A DNA stretch of 64,000 nucleotides, from positions 72,416,001-72,480,000 of the forward strand of contig OX597825.1 in assembly GCA_951406725.2 (NCBI GenBank), given 5' to 3'. The position numbers and the translations under genes are program-made. How positions within the stretch are numbered: position 1 is the stretch's first letter; each line of letters opens with the position of its first letter. The DNA is from Octopus vulgaris (Eukaryota). Of this stretch, positions 27,759 to 42,514 are shown in pieces. The notes under the pieces are model-generated. The model saw nothing but the letters and a program-made list of their open reading frames with translations. It did no database searches and was not told the origin of the DNA.

Positions 27759-28250
27759 ACATATATGTGTGTGTGTACATATACGCATGTATATGTATGT
27801 ACACCTATATTTATTTAGACATATACATACAAAGGAAAAAATACAGTTACAGTTATCTGTGTGTGGATGTTCGTAAAATTGCTATGAAATATGATATCTG
27901 GGCACAGTTGTTTAAATGTTATGATTGAATAGAAACTACTCTGAATGGAGATCTGAAAGGAAGAATTAAAAGTGAGATGAATAAACAATTGACGAAGCAG
28001 AACAAAGGAAGGAGATGACAATGTAAAGTAACTAAAGAGACTTAGAGATAATTGAGGAATAAGAGATGGAGAATAAGACACCTCCAGCATTCGACATTTA
28101 CATAGCTACACTTGCCCCCGAGTGGTTTCATTGTAGATAGTCTTCGTTTATATGTTTCGCAGTGTTTCGTATGGGACCCGAGTGGTTGTGCTCTGTGTGT
28201 GTGTATGTGTGTGTGTTTGTTTGTGTGTGTGTTTGTTTGTTTGTGTGTGT

Positions 28251-28295
<45 letters not shown>

Positions 28296-28379
28296 TAGAC
28301 AATTTCATAGTCGAGAAAATGACCGAGAGTGTGTGGGAAATTTGTGAATGCATTTATGTGTGTGCGTATGTGTGTGTCT

Positions 28380-28389
28380 AGATAGATAA

Positions 28390-28486
<97 letters not shown>

Positions 28487-28575
28487 CCGATAGATAGACA
28501 GACAGACAGACTGGTAAGTAGATAGATAGATTGATAGATACATACATACATACATAGGCAGACAAACAGACCGAC

Positions 28576-28665
<90 letters not shown>
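28380..28665. repeat. (GATA)n/(GACA)n microsatellite
   Basis: Direct reading; similar tracts at 10860-10953, 28955-29056, 37481-37828 and 40050-40310. Confidence 0.97.
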
Positions 28666-28953
28666 TCAGTCGTTTAATCCTGAGTAACGTGGAGCTGTGG
28701 CAAGCTGATTGTAAACAATTTTAACTCAAACATTATCTGTACTGGGTTCTATTTTCAATTGTTTGTACAAACACATGCATATATACGTGCGTGCATATGT
28801 GTGTATACACGTATGTATCTGTGTATGCATATAATGACAAGTATTTTCTCAAGGTATATATGTGTACACACAGATGTTTTTTTAATAAGGTATGTATATG
28901 TGTGTGTGTGTGTGAGTATGTGTGTATGTGTGTGTAGATAGCCAAACAAATAA

Positions 28954-29057
<104 letters not shown>

Positions 29058-29139
29058 GGAACCAGACAGACGAACGGACGAAGACAGACAGATTGACAAA
29101 CCGACAGACAGACAGACAGAGATATGGATTCAATGCCAA

Positions 29140-29575
29140 ACTCAATGTGTGACTTGGTGAATTATGTGAGCAAAGATGCTTCATTTCAGGTCGATATCAT
29201 CAAGACGATAAAAATGTGCAGGAAAATGGTCAAATAAATTCTGAGAAGTTTCAGAGTAAGGGACCAGGTACTTATGTTGGTCGTTTAGAGGAAGTTTTCC
29301 CCCAGCCATCTGGACAACTGTTCTAAGCTATTGTCACCTCATAGTGTCAAACCTATAGCAGAAGTCGAAGCAATTCAACAATGCTACACCAAGAACATTA
29401 CTTCAGTCACACAGCTCACCTAATGAGAGAGGTGGAAATAATTATTAGTCTACTCCCTGGAGAGGAGACGGGCAAGTACTTAGTTATGTGCATATGAAAG
29501 ATCATGAAGGGAATGGAACCAAACTTTGGTATCATGACTTATACCAATCACAGAACAGTTCGCCACTGCACAATG
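29140..29575 (+). mobile_element. Decayed CR1-group LINE fragment
   Basis: SKDASF, ILRSFRVRD, SHLDNCSKLLSPHSVK, EVEAIQ, YSLERRR, GMEPNFGI and RTVRHC align with the C-terminal third of the 694-aa RT. Confidence 0.85.
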
Positions 29576-31163
29576 CTTTCTTCCTTATCTTTGATGCGTA
29601 TGAAACGTTTTGGCCGAGGCCTTTTATCGTTGTTTATGTGGCGTGCTGCTCCGACGCTGACTTATTTGACATTAGACGCCTTAATGTTTTTCTCGTTTAA
29701 TTGTTTAATTTTTTCCCTTTCCTCTTTTACATTGTGTCTCTTTCTCTTTCTCTTTCTCTTACTCTCTCTCCTTTTCTCTGTTTATCTGTGTACAGATTTC
29801 TCTTCATGTGTGTGAGGAGAGAAAAATGTTTATACCAATAGTGGCAATGTCATTCCTTCTCTCTCAATTTTTCTATCTGTATGTTTATACTTCTGCGCAT
29901 GCGAACGTGTGTGCATGTACGTATGTGTTTGCCTTCAGTGCCATACAGTACTGTCGCACTTGTAAAAAATCGTTGGCGTCTTAACAGCTGCGTCCAATCG
30001 TCTCATTCCTTCCTTTCATACACTCTTTGTGGAATAAAAACAAGAGTGCACCATTTGTGTAGATTTTTATTGCGCTATCACTACCTCATTGAAGATATTA
30101 GAAAAATACCTTGCTTCATGTAAGGGACGTAATCTAATGAATATATTAAATATTTTTTCTTTATTCGGTTCAAATAAAGACTTACAACTAAGCTAGGACA
30201 AGGCCTTCAAGAGTTTTAGCCGATCACATCCACGGCAGTACTTATTTCAGTGTGCTATTTTTATTGTCACTGTTTGTCGAATTCCTAAGTTACAGTTTGA
30301 CACAAAGGACATAACAGCTTACTGAGACAACAACACACAGAACGACAGTCACACAAATTTGACGGGCTTGAGCTTGTCAAATCCGTCTCATTAATTACAC
30401 TGTGCAACGCTCAAAAATGTACAAGAGATCTGTCACCATTTTATATGCAAAATGACATGGGAAATCTTGTTAAGAGGAACTAATTTACACACTCAGACAA
30501 TATCAGGTGAGTATCACACTGCGTAGAATTCTTTCCACCCGATATTCATGCGGTGTATGTAGATGGTACGACCCAACGTAGTAGTGAATAAATTCGCCTT
30601 TTTATGTTCAGACATGTATTTTATATAAAGTTACTTTCCAAATACTTCCGAAGTGCAGATTCCAGGGTAGGTGAGTAAAATATAAATGGGTAACAAATTT
30701 GTATAAGCTTTGTTACTCATTTATATATATATATATACACACACATACATTTCTTTTATATGTTAAAATTGAATGAGTTTGCTATAGGGAGATTTTCTAC
30801 GTAATGCCTTCACGTCTTCATGTTTGCAGATAAAATATTTTAAACAAATTCATTGTTTATTGAATAAAATTCAAATTCTATGTGAAAATATCCAGGAGTT
30901 GGTATGCAGCTTACAAATGTGACAAATTTATATTTCCATTTCTCGATTAAGCGTGTATGAAAATGCTTAAAAAATGAATGATGGCCTGTTTTACTGGAAA
31001 TACTAGTTTAGTGTTCAAACAAATTTTACGCTAGATGTGTTATGAAACTGATTGGCTGAATAAATCAAAAGAGCGAAAGTATGAAGATATAAACACACAC
31101 GTTGGAATATGAAGAGATTACACTGAAGCAAAATATGCGAGAAAAAAATAAACAGAATATGTA

Positions 31164-31726
31164 TTGGGTTGTCCGGAAAGTTCGTGACGATTTATAGTAG
31201 CTTAGCTTTCGACTTATTTTAGAACATGGTTCAGTTCATAAAATAGGATTTGACTACACCTCCATTTAGAGCAGAGCTTAAGCTATCTTTTCGTGGAAGA
31301 AGGTTTATGTTTCTATAACCTGTGTTAATTCTGTAACCCTTTAAAATGGAGGATAAGAAAGTTCCTTTTCGGCACTTGATGCTTTGGGAACCAGACAAAA
31401 ATTGCTGCAGCTCGGCTGGGATGTGTTACCCCACCCTCCATATTCACTAGATATTGCTCCTTCGGATTTCCATTTATTCGGTTCTCTGCAGAATAGTCTT
31501 AATGGTAAAAATTTCAATTCCTTGGTTGACGTAAAAAGATACCTTGATGAATTCTTTGCCAGGCGCAGGAGTGGCTGTGTGGTAAGTAGCTTGTTTACCA
31601 ACCTCATGGTTCCGGGTTCAGTCCCACTGCGTGGCACCTTGGGCAAGTGTCTTCTACTATAGCCTCGGGCCGACCAAAGCCTTGTGAGTGGATTTGGTAG
31701 ACGGAAACTGAAAGAAGCCCGTCGTA

Positions 31727-31789
<63 letters not shown>

Positions 31790-32162
31790 GTTTGTGTGTC
31801 TGTGTTTGTCCCCTTAGCATTGCTTGACAACCGATACTGGTGTGTTTACGTCCCCGTCACTTAGCGGTTCAAAAGAGATCGATAGAATAAGTACTGGGCT
31901 TACAAAGAATAAGTCCTGGGGTTGATTTGCTCGATTAAAGGTGGTGCTCCAGCATGGCCGCAGTCAAATGACTGAAACAAGTAAAAGAGTAAAGAGTAAG
32001 AGTATGAAACCACCTGAATTCTGGGAAGAAGGTATTTTCAAGTTAAAGGAAAGATGGAGACGTATTGTACAACAAAATGGTTCATACTTGGTTGATTAAA
32101 AATGTATTTATTGACCTTTTTCTTTCCTTTAAAAATCGGCAAGAACTTTCTGGACAACCCAA
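31164..32162 (+). mobile_element. Internally deleted mariner (DD34D) element with both TIRs, interrupted by a SINE
   Basis: TIR ttgggttgtccggaaagttcgtgacgattt and its inverse (3 mismatches in 30), TA on both sides; LGWDVLPHPPYSLDIAPSDFHLF...FFA | [18 protein letters not shown]. Confidence 0.93.
31561..32003 (+). mobile_element. SINE family A, full length, with internal microsatellite and CR1-type tail
   Basis: aggcgcaggagtggctgtgtggtaag head, ggttcagtcc B box, (TA)n(TG)n middle, tail ggtgctccagcatggccgcagtcaaatgactgaaacaagtaaaagagt. Confidence 0.93.
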
Positions 32163-32574
32163 TACATTGAATATAATGTACATACGTCTTATTGACAATC
32201 TGGTGCGCAAGATTGGCAAGCTTCCTCTGTTCCCGTGAATCACTGCAGCAACGTTACCCCTCCCACTCCGATATATATCATGTTCTAAACACTTGATGTT
32301 TATCTCAGAAAGTTCCGCTGTATAATGCCTTCAAAAGGGACGTATACATTTTGTATGATACACAGGTGACGATTTTGATTTAGTGTTGTTTCAATTGTGT
32401 ACATAGAGTTTTTATACAGATTGACAACCTTCAGCGATATCAGTGAATGTTTTATTCAGTTTTTCCTACAAATTCAAACAGGAACTTTGTTTAAGCATGT
32501 GGCAATGGAGTGTACAGCATTCACAAACCCTAAGAAAGGCAAAAATCTGTTTGTTATTCGTGTGAATCTCCGCA

Positions 32575-33030
32575 GCGGCGATTATGGTTGTGTAGTTAGG
32601 AAGGTTACCTTGGCGGCCACGTGGTTTTGAGTTCAGTCTCATTGCGCGCCACCTTGAGAAAGTTTCTTTTGCTACAGCCTCAGAATGACCAATAACTTAT
32701 GAGAGAAATTGGTCGGCTCACACACACGCACATACACACATGCACACACACTCACATACACACATGCACACACACGCACATACACACATGCACACACACG
32801 CATGCATATGTGTGTGTGTCTGTGCTTATGTTGGTCCCTCCTCTGACCGTTTGACAACTGGCGTTGGTTTGTTTACCTCCCCGTAAATTAACGGTTCCAC
32901 GGAAGAATCCGATAGAATAAGTGCCAGACTTGAAAATTAAGTACTGGGGTCGATTTATTCAATACATTCCTCAACAGCAGTGCTGCAGCATGACCGCTGT
33001 CCAATGAGTGAAGCAATTAAAGATAAAAGT
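32575..33030 (+). mobile_element. SINE family A, old diverged copy
   Basis: Collinear with 31561-32003 including the tail gtgctgcagcatgaccgctgtccaatgagtgaagc. Confidence 0.75.
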
Positions 33031-33212
33031 GATAAGAAAATGTATTTAAATTTCCACATGCATCGAAACATTGATGTACCAGCACTGTAAGTACCATCTC
33101 CACTCTTAGATCTTAGAACGGCGATTCACTGTTTCTCCATGACGTATAAGTGACCGACACCATGACATTCCCGTCTGAACGGGAAGTCGGTCCGTAACAG
33201 TCACAGAGTGTG

Positions 33213-33447
33213 AAGGCGGTGAGCTGGCAGAAATGTTAGCACGCCGGGCAAAATGCTTAGCGGCATTTCGTCTGTCGTTACATTCTGAGTTCAAATTCCG
33301 CTGAGGTCGACTTTGCCTTTCATCCTTTCGGGGTCGATTAAATAAGTACCAGTTACACACTGAGGTCGATATAGTCGTCTTAATCCCTTTGTCTGTCCTT
33401 GTTTGTCCCCTTTTATGTTTAGCCCCTTGTGGGCAGTAAAGAAATAT
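33213..33447 (+). mobile_element. SINE family B full copy with 13-bp TSD, nested in a minus-strand family C SINE (about 33120-33600)
   Basis: TSD acagtcacagagt at 33197-33209 and 33448-33460. Confidence 0.9.
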
Positions 33448-33987
33448 ACAGTCACAGAGTTACTTATTTACAGTTAAGTGAACTAGGGTATCATCGAATC
33501 AAGTATCTTGCTCAAGAACATAACGCATTACCCAGTCCGAGAACCGAACCATGATCTTGTGGTGGTGAACGCAAAAACCTAACAACTACACCACGCGCCT
33601 TCAACATGCACGTAAGCTTTCAGAAATACACATTTATTCACGAATTACCATTAATTGATTATTAAATTTAGCGGGAAGTATCTGTCATTTGCCCTCACTT
33701 TTTAAGCTCACTTCCCGGAGATATATTGCGCTTTACATAAAACAAAACATTGATAAATATGCTCATCACATTTTAAATACAATCCAGAAAAATGGATGAC
33801 ATCTTAGGATCCCGATCATAAAGTAATGTTGCTGTGTATGAAAAACAAAAATGAAAATAGAGGCTTCATGACTATAGCAATGCCATTACTTAAACTAGCC
33901 TAAGGATATCTCTAAAAAAAAAGACGTGTGCAGATGGATTCCAAGCGAGAAAAGTAATATACACACACTCCTGTATACATGCATATA

Positions 33988-34041
<54 letters not shown>

Positions 34042-34137
34042 TATATGTATGTATATATGTATATTTATATACATATATATGTGTATATATATACATATGT
34101 ATATATGTGTATATATACATATATATATACATACATA

Positions 34138-34185
<48 letters not shown>

Positions 34186-34779
34186 CACACAACCACGCAC
34201 ACACACATATATATTATATGTATTATATATATATAAGCATATAGACACACGCACGTACACACACACACAGACACACACATATATATATATGCATGTATAA
34301 GTATGTGTATGTATGTACATACATAAATGACAATAAAAAATATGGAGGAACATTTAATATTATTGAAATGTTCTATGCTTTCCTCCTGTGAATAACCATA
34401 AGCTAAAAAAAGCAAACAAACAAAAACCATAATACATATTTCTCGTAGCTACTGACACATCGTTCAAGGTGGAGCCTTGTGGTACACATATCCCAGCATG
34501 GAAGTACTTCTCATACGTGTGCCCATATATGGGTGTTTTTACTTAAGTGTGTATGTACCTGGTTTCGCTTGGATAGGGATAAAGTGACAAATATAAGCGT
34601 GTATCGTTTGCTTTTACTCTGTAAAGTCTCTCATAAATCAAAGATGCACTGCTTCAGACCGGTTTTTTAAAACTTAAACTAAAAGAAAAAGTGAGAAAAG
34701 TAAAAAAAAACTGTTTCGTTTAAATCTTATCATGTATTAAAAACGAAACTAAATTTTCATGTATTCTGTTGATCGTTAT

Positions 34780-34885
<106 letters not shown>

Positions 34886-36671
34886 CATACATATATACAT
34901 GCACACATACATACATACATACATGCATACATACATATGTGTTATGTATGTATGTATGCATGTATGTATGCATGTATGTAGATATGTATAACGCATATAC
35001 ATATTATATGCATATATATGTATATAAATATATAGATATATATATATGTATGTATATAAATATATAGATATATATATATGTATATTTACGTATATATATC
35101 AATAAACATATATATGTATGTGTGTATTTATATATATATATATCAGTAAATATACATACAAATATATATATATATATTTAAATATGTATTCATACATATA
35201 TAAATATATCTGTATATATATATATATGTATATGTGGGTGTGTGTGTATGTATATATGTATACATATATATGTGTGTATATATATGTGTGCGTATGTATA
35301 TATATATATATATATTAATATATATATATATATGCATATGTATGTATGTATGTATGTATATATATATAGATATATATGCATCTACTGGAAATAAATATAA
35401 AAAACAGTATTACACTGAAATGAAAAATCAATGAAAATTATTGTACATCCCTCAAGAAACTAAAGTGCCTTAATATCGTGAAAATATAGAAAAAAAAAAC
35501 CTTCTGATTTATGGGTGAATTTCTCCATATTGTATAGGAGGCTAGTTGATATTTTTACATCAGAAAGAAAGTGATTCGTTATATATTTTTATTTATTTAT
35601 TCATTTATTTATTTATTTATTTATTTATTGCAATGACATCCTAAATTTGTAGTCGTTAAAATATGCATTTTAAGTTGTGGTTATATTGCTTCTATATATA
35701 TGTGTTTGTGCATGAGCTGTGCATGTATATCCGTGTATAATGTTATTGTATGACTATCACTTGTTAAGAGCTTGTTTTAGGGACGTTGCTATTCCTTGTT
35801 TTTTCCATTTTTTTCTCTTTTTGAGAAAAAAGAAGGTTTTTAATTTTTCATTACACTTACATATGATCATCATCATTTTTATTATTGTTATTATAGTTGT
35901 TGTTGTTGATGATGATGTTGTTTTTGTTGTTGCTGTTGTATCAGTGTGTGCTAAGGCATATGCAAATTTATTTATGTTATTTAACAGGGCGCTGCGACCA
36001 TAATTCTTATTCAAGAAAACTTTTCTGTAGGGTTTATTGGAAATGTAGAAATAAGAATAAAGAAACTTGTGCCTCACCTGCTCGCTAGAAATTGATGTCT
36101 ACATTCATAAATATATGTCTATATATGTATATATATGCGTATCTGTATGTGAATATGCAAATATATTTTTGCGTAAATATGTTTGCACGCACACGCACAC
36201 ACACGCACACATATATATATATATATGTATATATGTATTTATACATGTATGTAAGTATGCATGTGTATACCGACGTGGTCGTATGATAAGAAATTTTCGC
36301 CCAACCATATGGCTTGGGCAAGTGAGTAAATTTGGTATACGGAAACTGAATGAAGCCTACCGTATATACATATATGCATCACATATATCTATATAAATAT
36401 CACCGTGACTACCGTGATTACCGTGACCGACCAGGCTATCAGATAGTGCTACACATCGCTGGTCACAATGCGCTTCGCATTGCTTTAGCCTTCAAATGAC
36501 GCCACCCCGCTGGCTAAGCGAGCAGGCCAACAGAAGGAAGATTGAGAGAAAGCTGTGGCGAAAGAGTACAGCAGGGATCAACCCCAATATTTATTGTAAT
36601 TCAGGTTATTTTAACGGTATAATTTTGCAGAACAGTTAAACCATCGAGGACATCAACAAAGGGTCATTGGT

Positions 36672-36890
36672 TACTCTTTTACTCCTTTACGGGTTTCAGA
36701 CATCTGACTGTGATCATGCTGGAGCACCGCTTTTAGTCGAGCAAATTGACCCTAGGACTTATTCTTTGTAAGCCTAGTACTTATTTGTATTGGTCTCTTT
36801 TGCCGAACAACTAAGTTACTGGGACATAAACACACCAGCATCGGTTGTCAAGCGATAGTGGGGGACAAACACAGACACACAAACATATAC
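36672..36890 (-). mobile_element. SINE family A, 3' half
   Basis: Reverse complement of 31790-32000. Confidence 0.85.
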
Positions 36891-36937
36891 ACACACATAC
36901 ACACACACACACATATACATACAAACACACGCGCACG

Positions 36938-36980
<43 letters not shown>

Positions 36981-37479
36981 TTCATGCAGATTCATACATA
37001 CACACACATATATATATATATATATTTATTTAAACATACATACATAGATATATTTATATATATGTATACATACACACATACATATATACATACATACATA
37101 CGTACGTACATACATACATACAAACACACATACATATATACGTATGTACATACATGTATGTATGTATGTATGTATGTATGTATGTATGCAATTCGGTTTG
37201 ATCGATTATCGATCTATGCCGAAATATAATTGGACTATCGTAGTATAGTAGGGCATAAAAGCCCACCCAATCCTGGAGAATCAGATACCCGACACACCTG
37301 TTGGTGTACAGCTTCATTACGACATTAATATCTTTCACTGATAGCTTAGTATTGGGAGTTACATAATAACTGCAAGATCAACATCAACACATACCCCCCT
37401 ACACGCACACACAGTCACGTCTTTCGCTTTCTGTGAAAGCGGATCCCATTAAAAATGAATAATGTATGAATATTTAAAT

Positions 37480-37571
<92 letters not shown>

Positions 37572-37646
37572 GTAGGTAGGTAGATAGGCAGATAAACAGA
37601 AAGACAGACTGATAGATAGATAGACAGATAAACAGATAGACAGACT

Positions 37647-37696
<50 letters not shown>

Positions 37697-37745
37697 CACA
37701 GAGACAGACACACAGACAGACACACAGACAGACAGACAGGCAGGC

Positions 37746-37828
<83 letters not shown>

Positions 37829-38942
37829 CACGTCTAAATATATGCGTGTGTATATGTATGTCTGAATGTGTGTTTGAGAGTGTGTGTATGCGTGAGAGTG
37901 TGTATGCGTGTGTGCGTGTGTGTTTCTGTGTGTATTGAGTGTGTGCGTGCGCATGCGTAATGCAAAATATTCTTTGAAAACCCATTGTGATGGAATACGT
38001 TTAGGCATTTGTTGCTAAACTGATTACTGTTCTTATAACCAAAGTGTTGAGATAAATTGCAGGTTAGCCTCTTTGTTTGCTTGGATTTGGCATTTTGGCC
38101 AGGTATTAAGAATCTTACAATAGAAGCTGCCAGAACGGCGCCTGGATTACAGGATTTTGTCAGAGATAAATTGATTGTCTTTACTCCTGTTTGTTATAGA
38201 CAGATAAAGAGGAAGTCTTTCTTAAGCGACGCAATATGTAAACTGTTTTTGCGTGGAACGAAATACATTATTTCGTGTGTGGTGGTGGTACTGGAGCAGT
38301 GTATTGGATTTGTATGTATTGAGTATGTTTGTATGTGAGTGTATGGTTATTGGAGTTTGTGTTTTGTGTATAAATGCCTACACTGGTATCTGTGGCTGGT
38401 ATGCGTTCGATTTTGTGTATATGTGGGCGTGATAGTCTCGGCGTGTGTATTAATTGCCTTTGTGACTGAGTCACCAGTGCATGCCTGGATGTGTGCTTAT
38501 TTATATGCGGGATTATATGTTTGTGCGTATGTAAATCATTTAATGAATAATATTTTTTGTGTGATATGTATGCGTATGAATATGCCTATAGCTGAGTGCA
38601 GATATCATCTAAATGTGTCACCGTGGATGTCTGCATATATATAGATATAGATATAGATATATGCGTGTGCATATGTCTTTGCATGCGTTATGCATATGTT
38701 ATCATGTGTGTTTGAGGTATTTGTGCTTGCAAACTTCTCTCTTTGAATGATGATTAAAGGCCAGCCAGGTTGAATGATGAAAGAAGCTGGATGTAAAAAT
38801 AAACACATGAGGTACAAGAGGTAAAAAAACAGATGACGTAAATACGCCTGTAACATAAAGCAATAGATTATTAAGCAAACATTTGTGCTCGGGAGATGCG
38901 TGGTTCGATTTCCAGAGCATATATTTATTCTCTCATTTCCTT

Positions 38943-38998
<56 letters not shown>

Positions 38999-39180
38999 CA
39001 TACATACATACATACATACATACATTAAGGTGCAGGCATTGTGTGGTGAGAAACATGGTGCTGGGTTCAATCCCACTTCGTGACACTTTGGACAAGTGTC
39101 TCCTACTATAGCTTCGGGCCGACTGACTAAAGCCATGTCAGTGGACTTGGTAGACGGAAACTGAAGGTAGCCCGTCGTGA

Positions 39181-39256
<76 letters not shown>

Positions 39257-39272
39257 TATATATATATATATG

Positions 39273-39358
<86 letters not shown>

Positions 39359-39376
39359 GATGTAAATATATATATT

Positions 39377-39705
39377 TTGGGTTGTCCGGAAAGTTCGTGC
39401 CGTTTTTTAAACGAAAGGAAAAGGTCAATAAATACTTGCCATTACATTTTTAATCAACCAAATATGAACCATTTTGTTGCACAACGCGTCTCCATCTTTC
39501 CTTTAACTTGAAAATACTCTCTTCACAGAATCGAGGTGGTTTCATGGCAAAGAATTCATCATGGTATCTTTTTACGTCATCGAAGGAATTGAAATTTTTT
39601 ACCATTAAGACCATTCTGCAGAGACCTGAATAAGTAGAAATCCGAAGGAGCAATATCTGGTGAATATGAAGGGTGGGGTAACACACCCCAGCCGAGATGC
39701 AGCAA
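39377..39705 (-). mobile_element. Mariner 3' fragment, same family as 31164-32162
   Basis: Same TIR ttgggttgtccggaaagttcgtg; [36 protein letters not shown]. Confidence 0.9.
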
Positions 39706-40051
39706 GCTAAAACTGAACTTTGCTTTGTACAGTTGGTGGGGTAGTACTAGTATGATACTTCCACAGTCCCCAAAACGGAGCTAGATACTAACACAGAACA
39801 TCTCACCATACCCCGATCATGAGCTCTAGATAATGGAGCACCTATATTAACATCAACAACCCATCCACCAGAACACAAGTATAACTCCGAACCTGGGAAA
39901 ATGTGTCCCTGGAATGGAAATTGCCTCAAAGTAAAGCTAACGTGATGTATGAGTGTATGGTAACTAGAAGTACGACGATAGATAGATAGATTCATAGATA
40001 TGTTTCTTTATTAGCCACACAGGGCTGCATACAGAACAAATTACAAGGTAG

Positions 40052-40144
<93 letters not shown>

Positions 40145-41260
40145 GGCAGGCAGGCAGACAGGCAGGCAGACGGACAGACGGACGGACAGACGGACGGACG
40201 GAAGGACGGACTGACGGACGATTGGTTGGATGGATGGATGGATGGATGGATGGACGGACGGATTGATGGATCGATAGATGGACAGACGGATGGACGGACG
40301 GATGGATAGGCGACGAACTTTCCCTCTACCGAATTAATTCATAAGGCATTGTTTGGCCCAGTGTTATAAGAGAAGACACTTACCCACGGTACTTCGCAAT
40401 GGGACTGCAGCTAAAACCACGTGGTTGCAAAACAATTTTCTTAACCACACAATCTTGCCTATAAAAACAGTTTCTTACAGACTACAATGGCGTTTTATTG
40501 ATCACACACGAAACACCATTAACAATGGTGTGTGAACGGGAACGTTCAGCAAAAATCAAGAATTGAAACCAAGTTGTGAATTCGTTTCACCAAAAACTCA
40601 TAACAATAGAATAGGCTTTTGTCGCATTTCTCAGTAGACTGATATAACAATTCTATCTATTTAAAAGTACTCTGAAGTATTCTTAACGCTGTAAAGATAA
40701 AAATGGTTGAGCGGACATAATATTAAAGAAAAACAAATAAAATTCCTTTGGTATTTTCTTGTGTTTCGAGGAAGGATGGTTAATTCTATATTAATTACTT
40801 TCAAGAAACAACAGATCTGAAAAAAAAATCGTTAGTTGCGGCGAGTGACTCTTGGCCTTTTCGGTGACCAGATTTGCCTCACATCGGATTCACACGATTT
40901 AAATTGATGCCACGCACGATTTATAAAAAGACCCAAGCCACCATCAGGTCTCCACATATATTTCTTTCATTTCCGTTTTGATTTGTTGTCTTCTTCATAT
41001 ACAATAATATTCTGAGGTCCCAGGCAAACGGGGAATTCTGTGGGCGCGTGTGGGCGTGTGTGTGTGTCTGTTTGTCTGTCACTGTGCGTGCGGGGGGTGG
41101 TTGTTTGTGCGTGCGTGTATGTGCGTGTTTGTGTGTGTGTGCGTAGGCATGTATATATATAGATAGATAGATAGATACATACATACATACATACATACAG
41201 ACATACATACATACATACATGCATGCATGCATATATACATAGGTATATGTATACATTTGG

Positions 41261-41306
<46 letters not shown>

Positions 41307-41324
41307 GTATGTATGCATGCAGGC

Positions 41325-41532
41325 ATTTGACTGCGGCCATACTGGACACTGCCTTAAAGGGTTTTAGTCGAAGTACTCATTCTTTGTAAGCCTGGTACTT
41401 ATTTAATCGCTCACTCTTGCCGAACCGGAAGGTATGGGAACATGAACACACTAGCATCCCTTGTCAAGCGATGGCGGGGGGAGGGGACAAACACAGACAC
41501 ATAAACATATACACACACACTTACACACATAA

Positions 41533-41578
<46 letters not shown>

Positions 41579-41735
41579 GACGGGCTTCTTTCAGTTTCCC
41601 TCTATCAAATCCACACACAAGGTTTTCGTCGGCTCGAGGCTATAGACGAAGACACATGCCGAAGATGCTACGCAGTCGGACTGTACCCTTAACCATGTGG
41701 TTGAGAGGCAAGATTCTTACCATAGAGGTGCTCCT
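41325..41735 (-). mobile_element. SINE family A
   Basis: Reverse-complement match to head, internal microsatellite and tail. Confidence 0.82.
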
Positions 41736-42139
41736 GTGCCTTGCCATACACACACACACGCACACACATAAGTATGCATATAATATATATGCTTGTGCGT
41801 GTATACATGTATACACGGGCTCCGTTAGGAGCCGTCGAATATTGATGTAGCACGGAAACCGAATCAAACTGATATGTCTACAGTGAAAAGTAAAAGAATA
41901 AAAGAATATTTGTCAATTAATTAGATCATGTGTTTTCTGTGAATAACGAACTTATGGCTCTTATTTCTAGCAACACCGGTGCCCCCTGCACATTTGGTCA
42001 CATTTTAGTGACGGTGAATCATTTCCATTTTAGTAATCAGTGGATTTCTATTTTAGTAATCAGTGAATTTATTTCACTAGAATTCTTATATGTTTACAAA
42101 GGCTAGACAGGCATCTCCAACTAGCAGGCCATGCTACTC

Positions 42140-42178
42140 CAGACTGATGACGAGCAAAGACTCAGAAACTAATCTCTG
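42140..42178 (+). ncRNA. Compact type I hammerhead ribozyme motif
   Basis: caga CTGATGA c-gag-caaaga-ctc-a GAA actaat C tctg: helix I caga/tctg; helix III is one substitution from the palindrome ACTAGT. Confidence 0.7.
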
Positions 42179-42390
42179 TTTTCAGGCTTAGCTGGGTGGG
42201 GGTGCTTATCTACCCCTTGCAAACATAAGGACACAGGAAATGTGTTAAGGCCGACAGGAAGCATCGATGCTTCCTAGGGCTAAATAGCAGTGGTGTGATT
42301 CCCTTCATGGGACTGTCACATAGAGTTAACAGTATACAACTACTCTATCGTACCACTACTGCTGATATCTCTCTGAGATATTTAGAAATG

Positions 42391-42446
<56 letters not shown>

Positions 42447-42514
42447 CACCGTCACCGTGACCGACCAGGCTATCAGATGTTACTACACATCGCTGGTCAC
42501 AATGCGCTTCGCAT

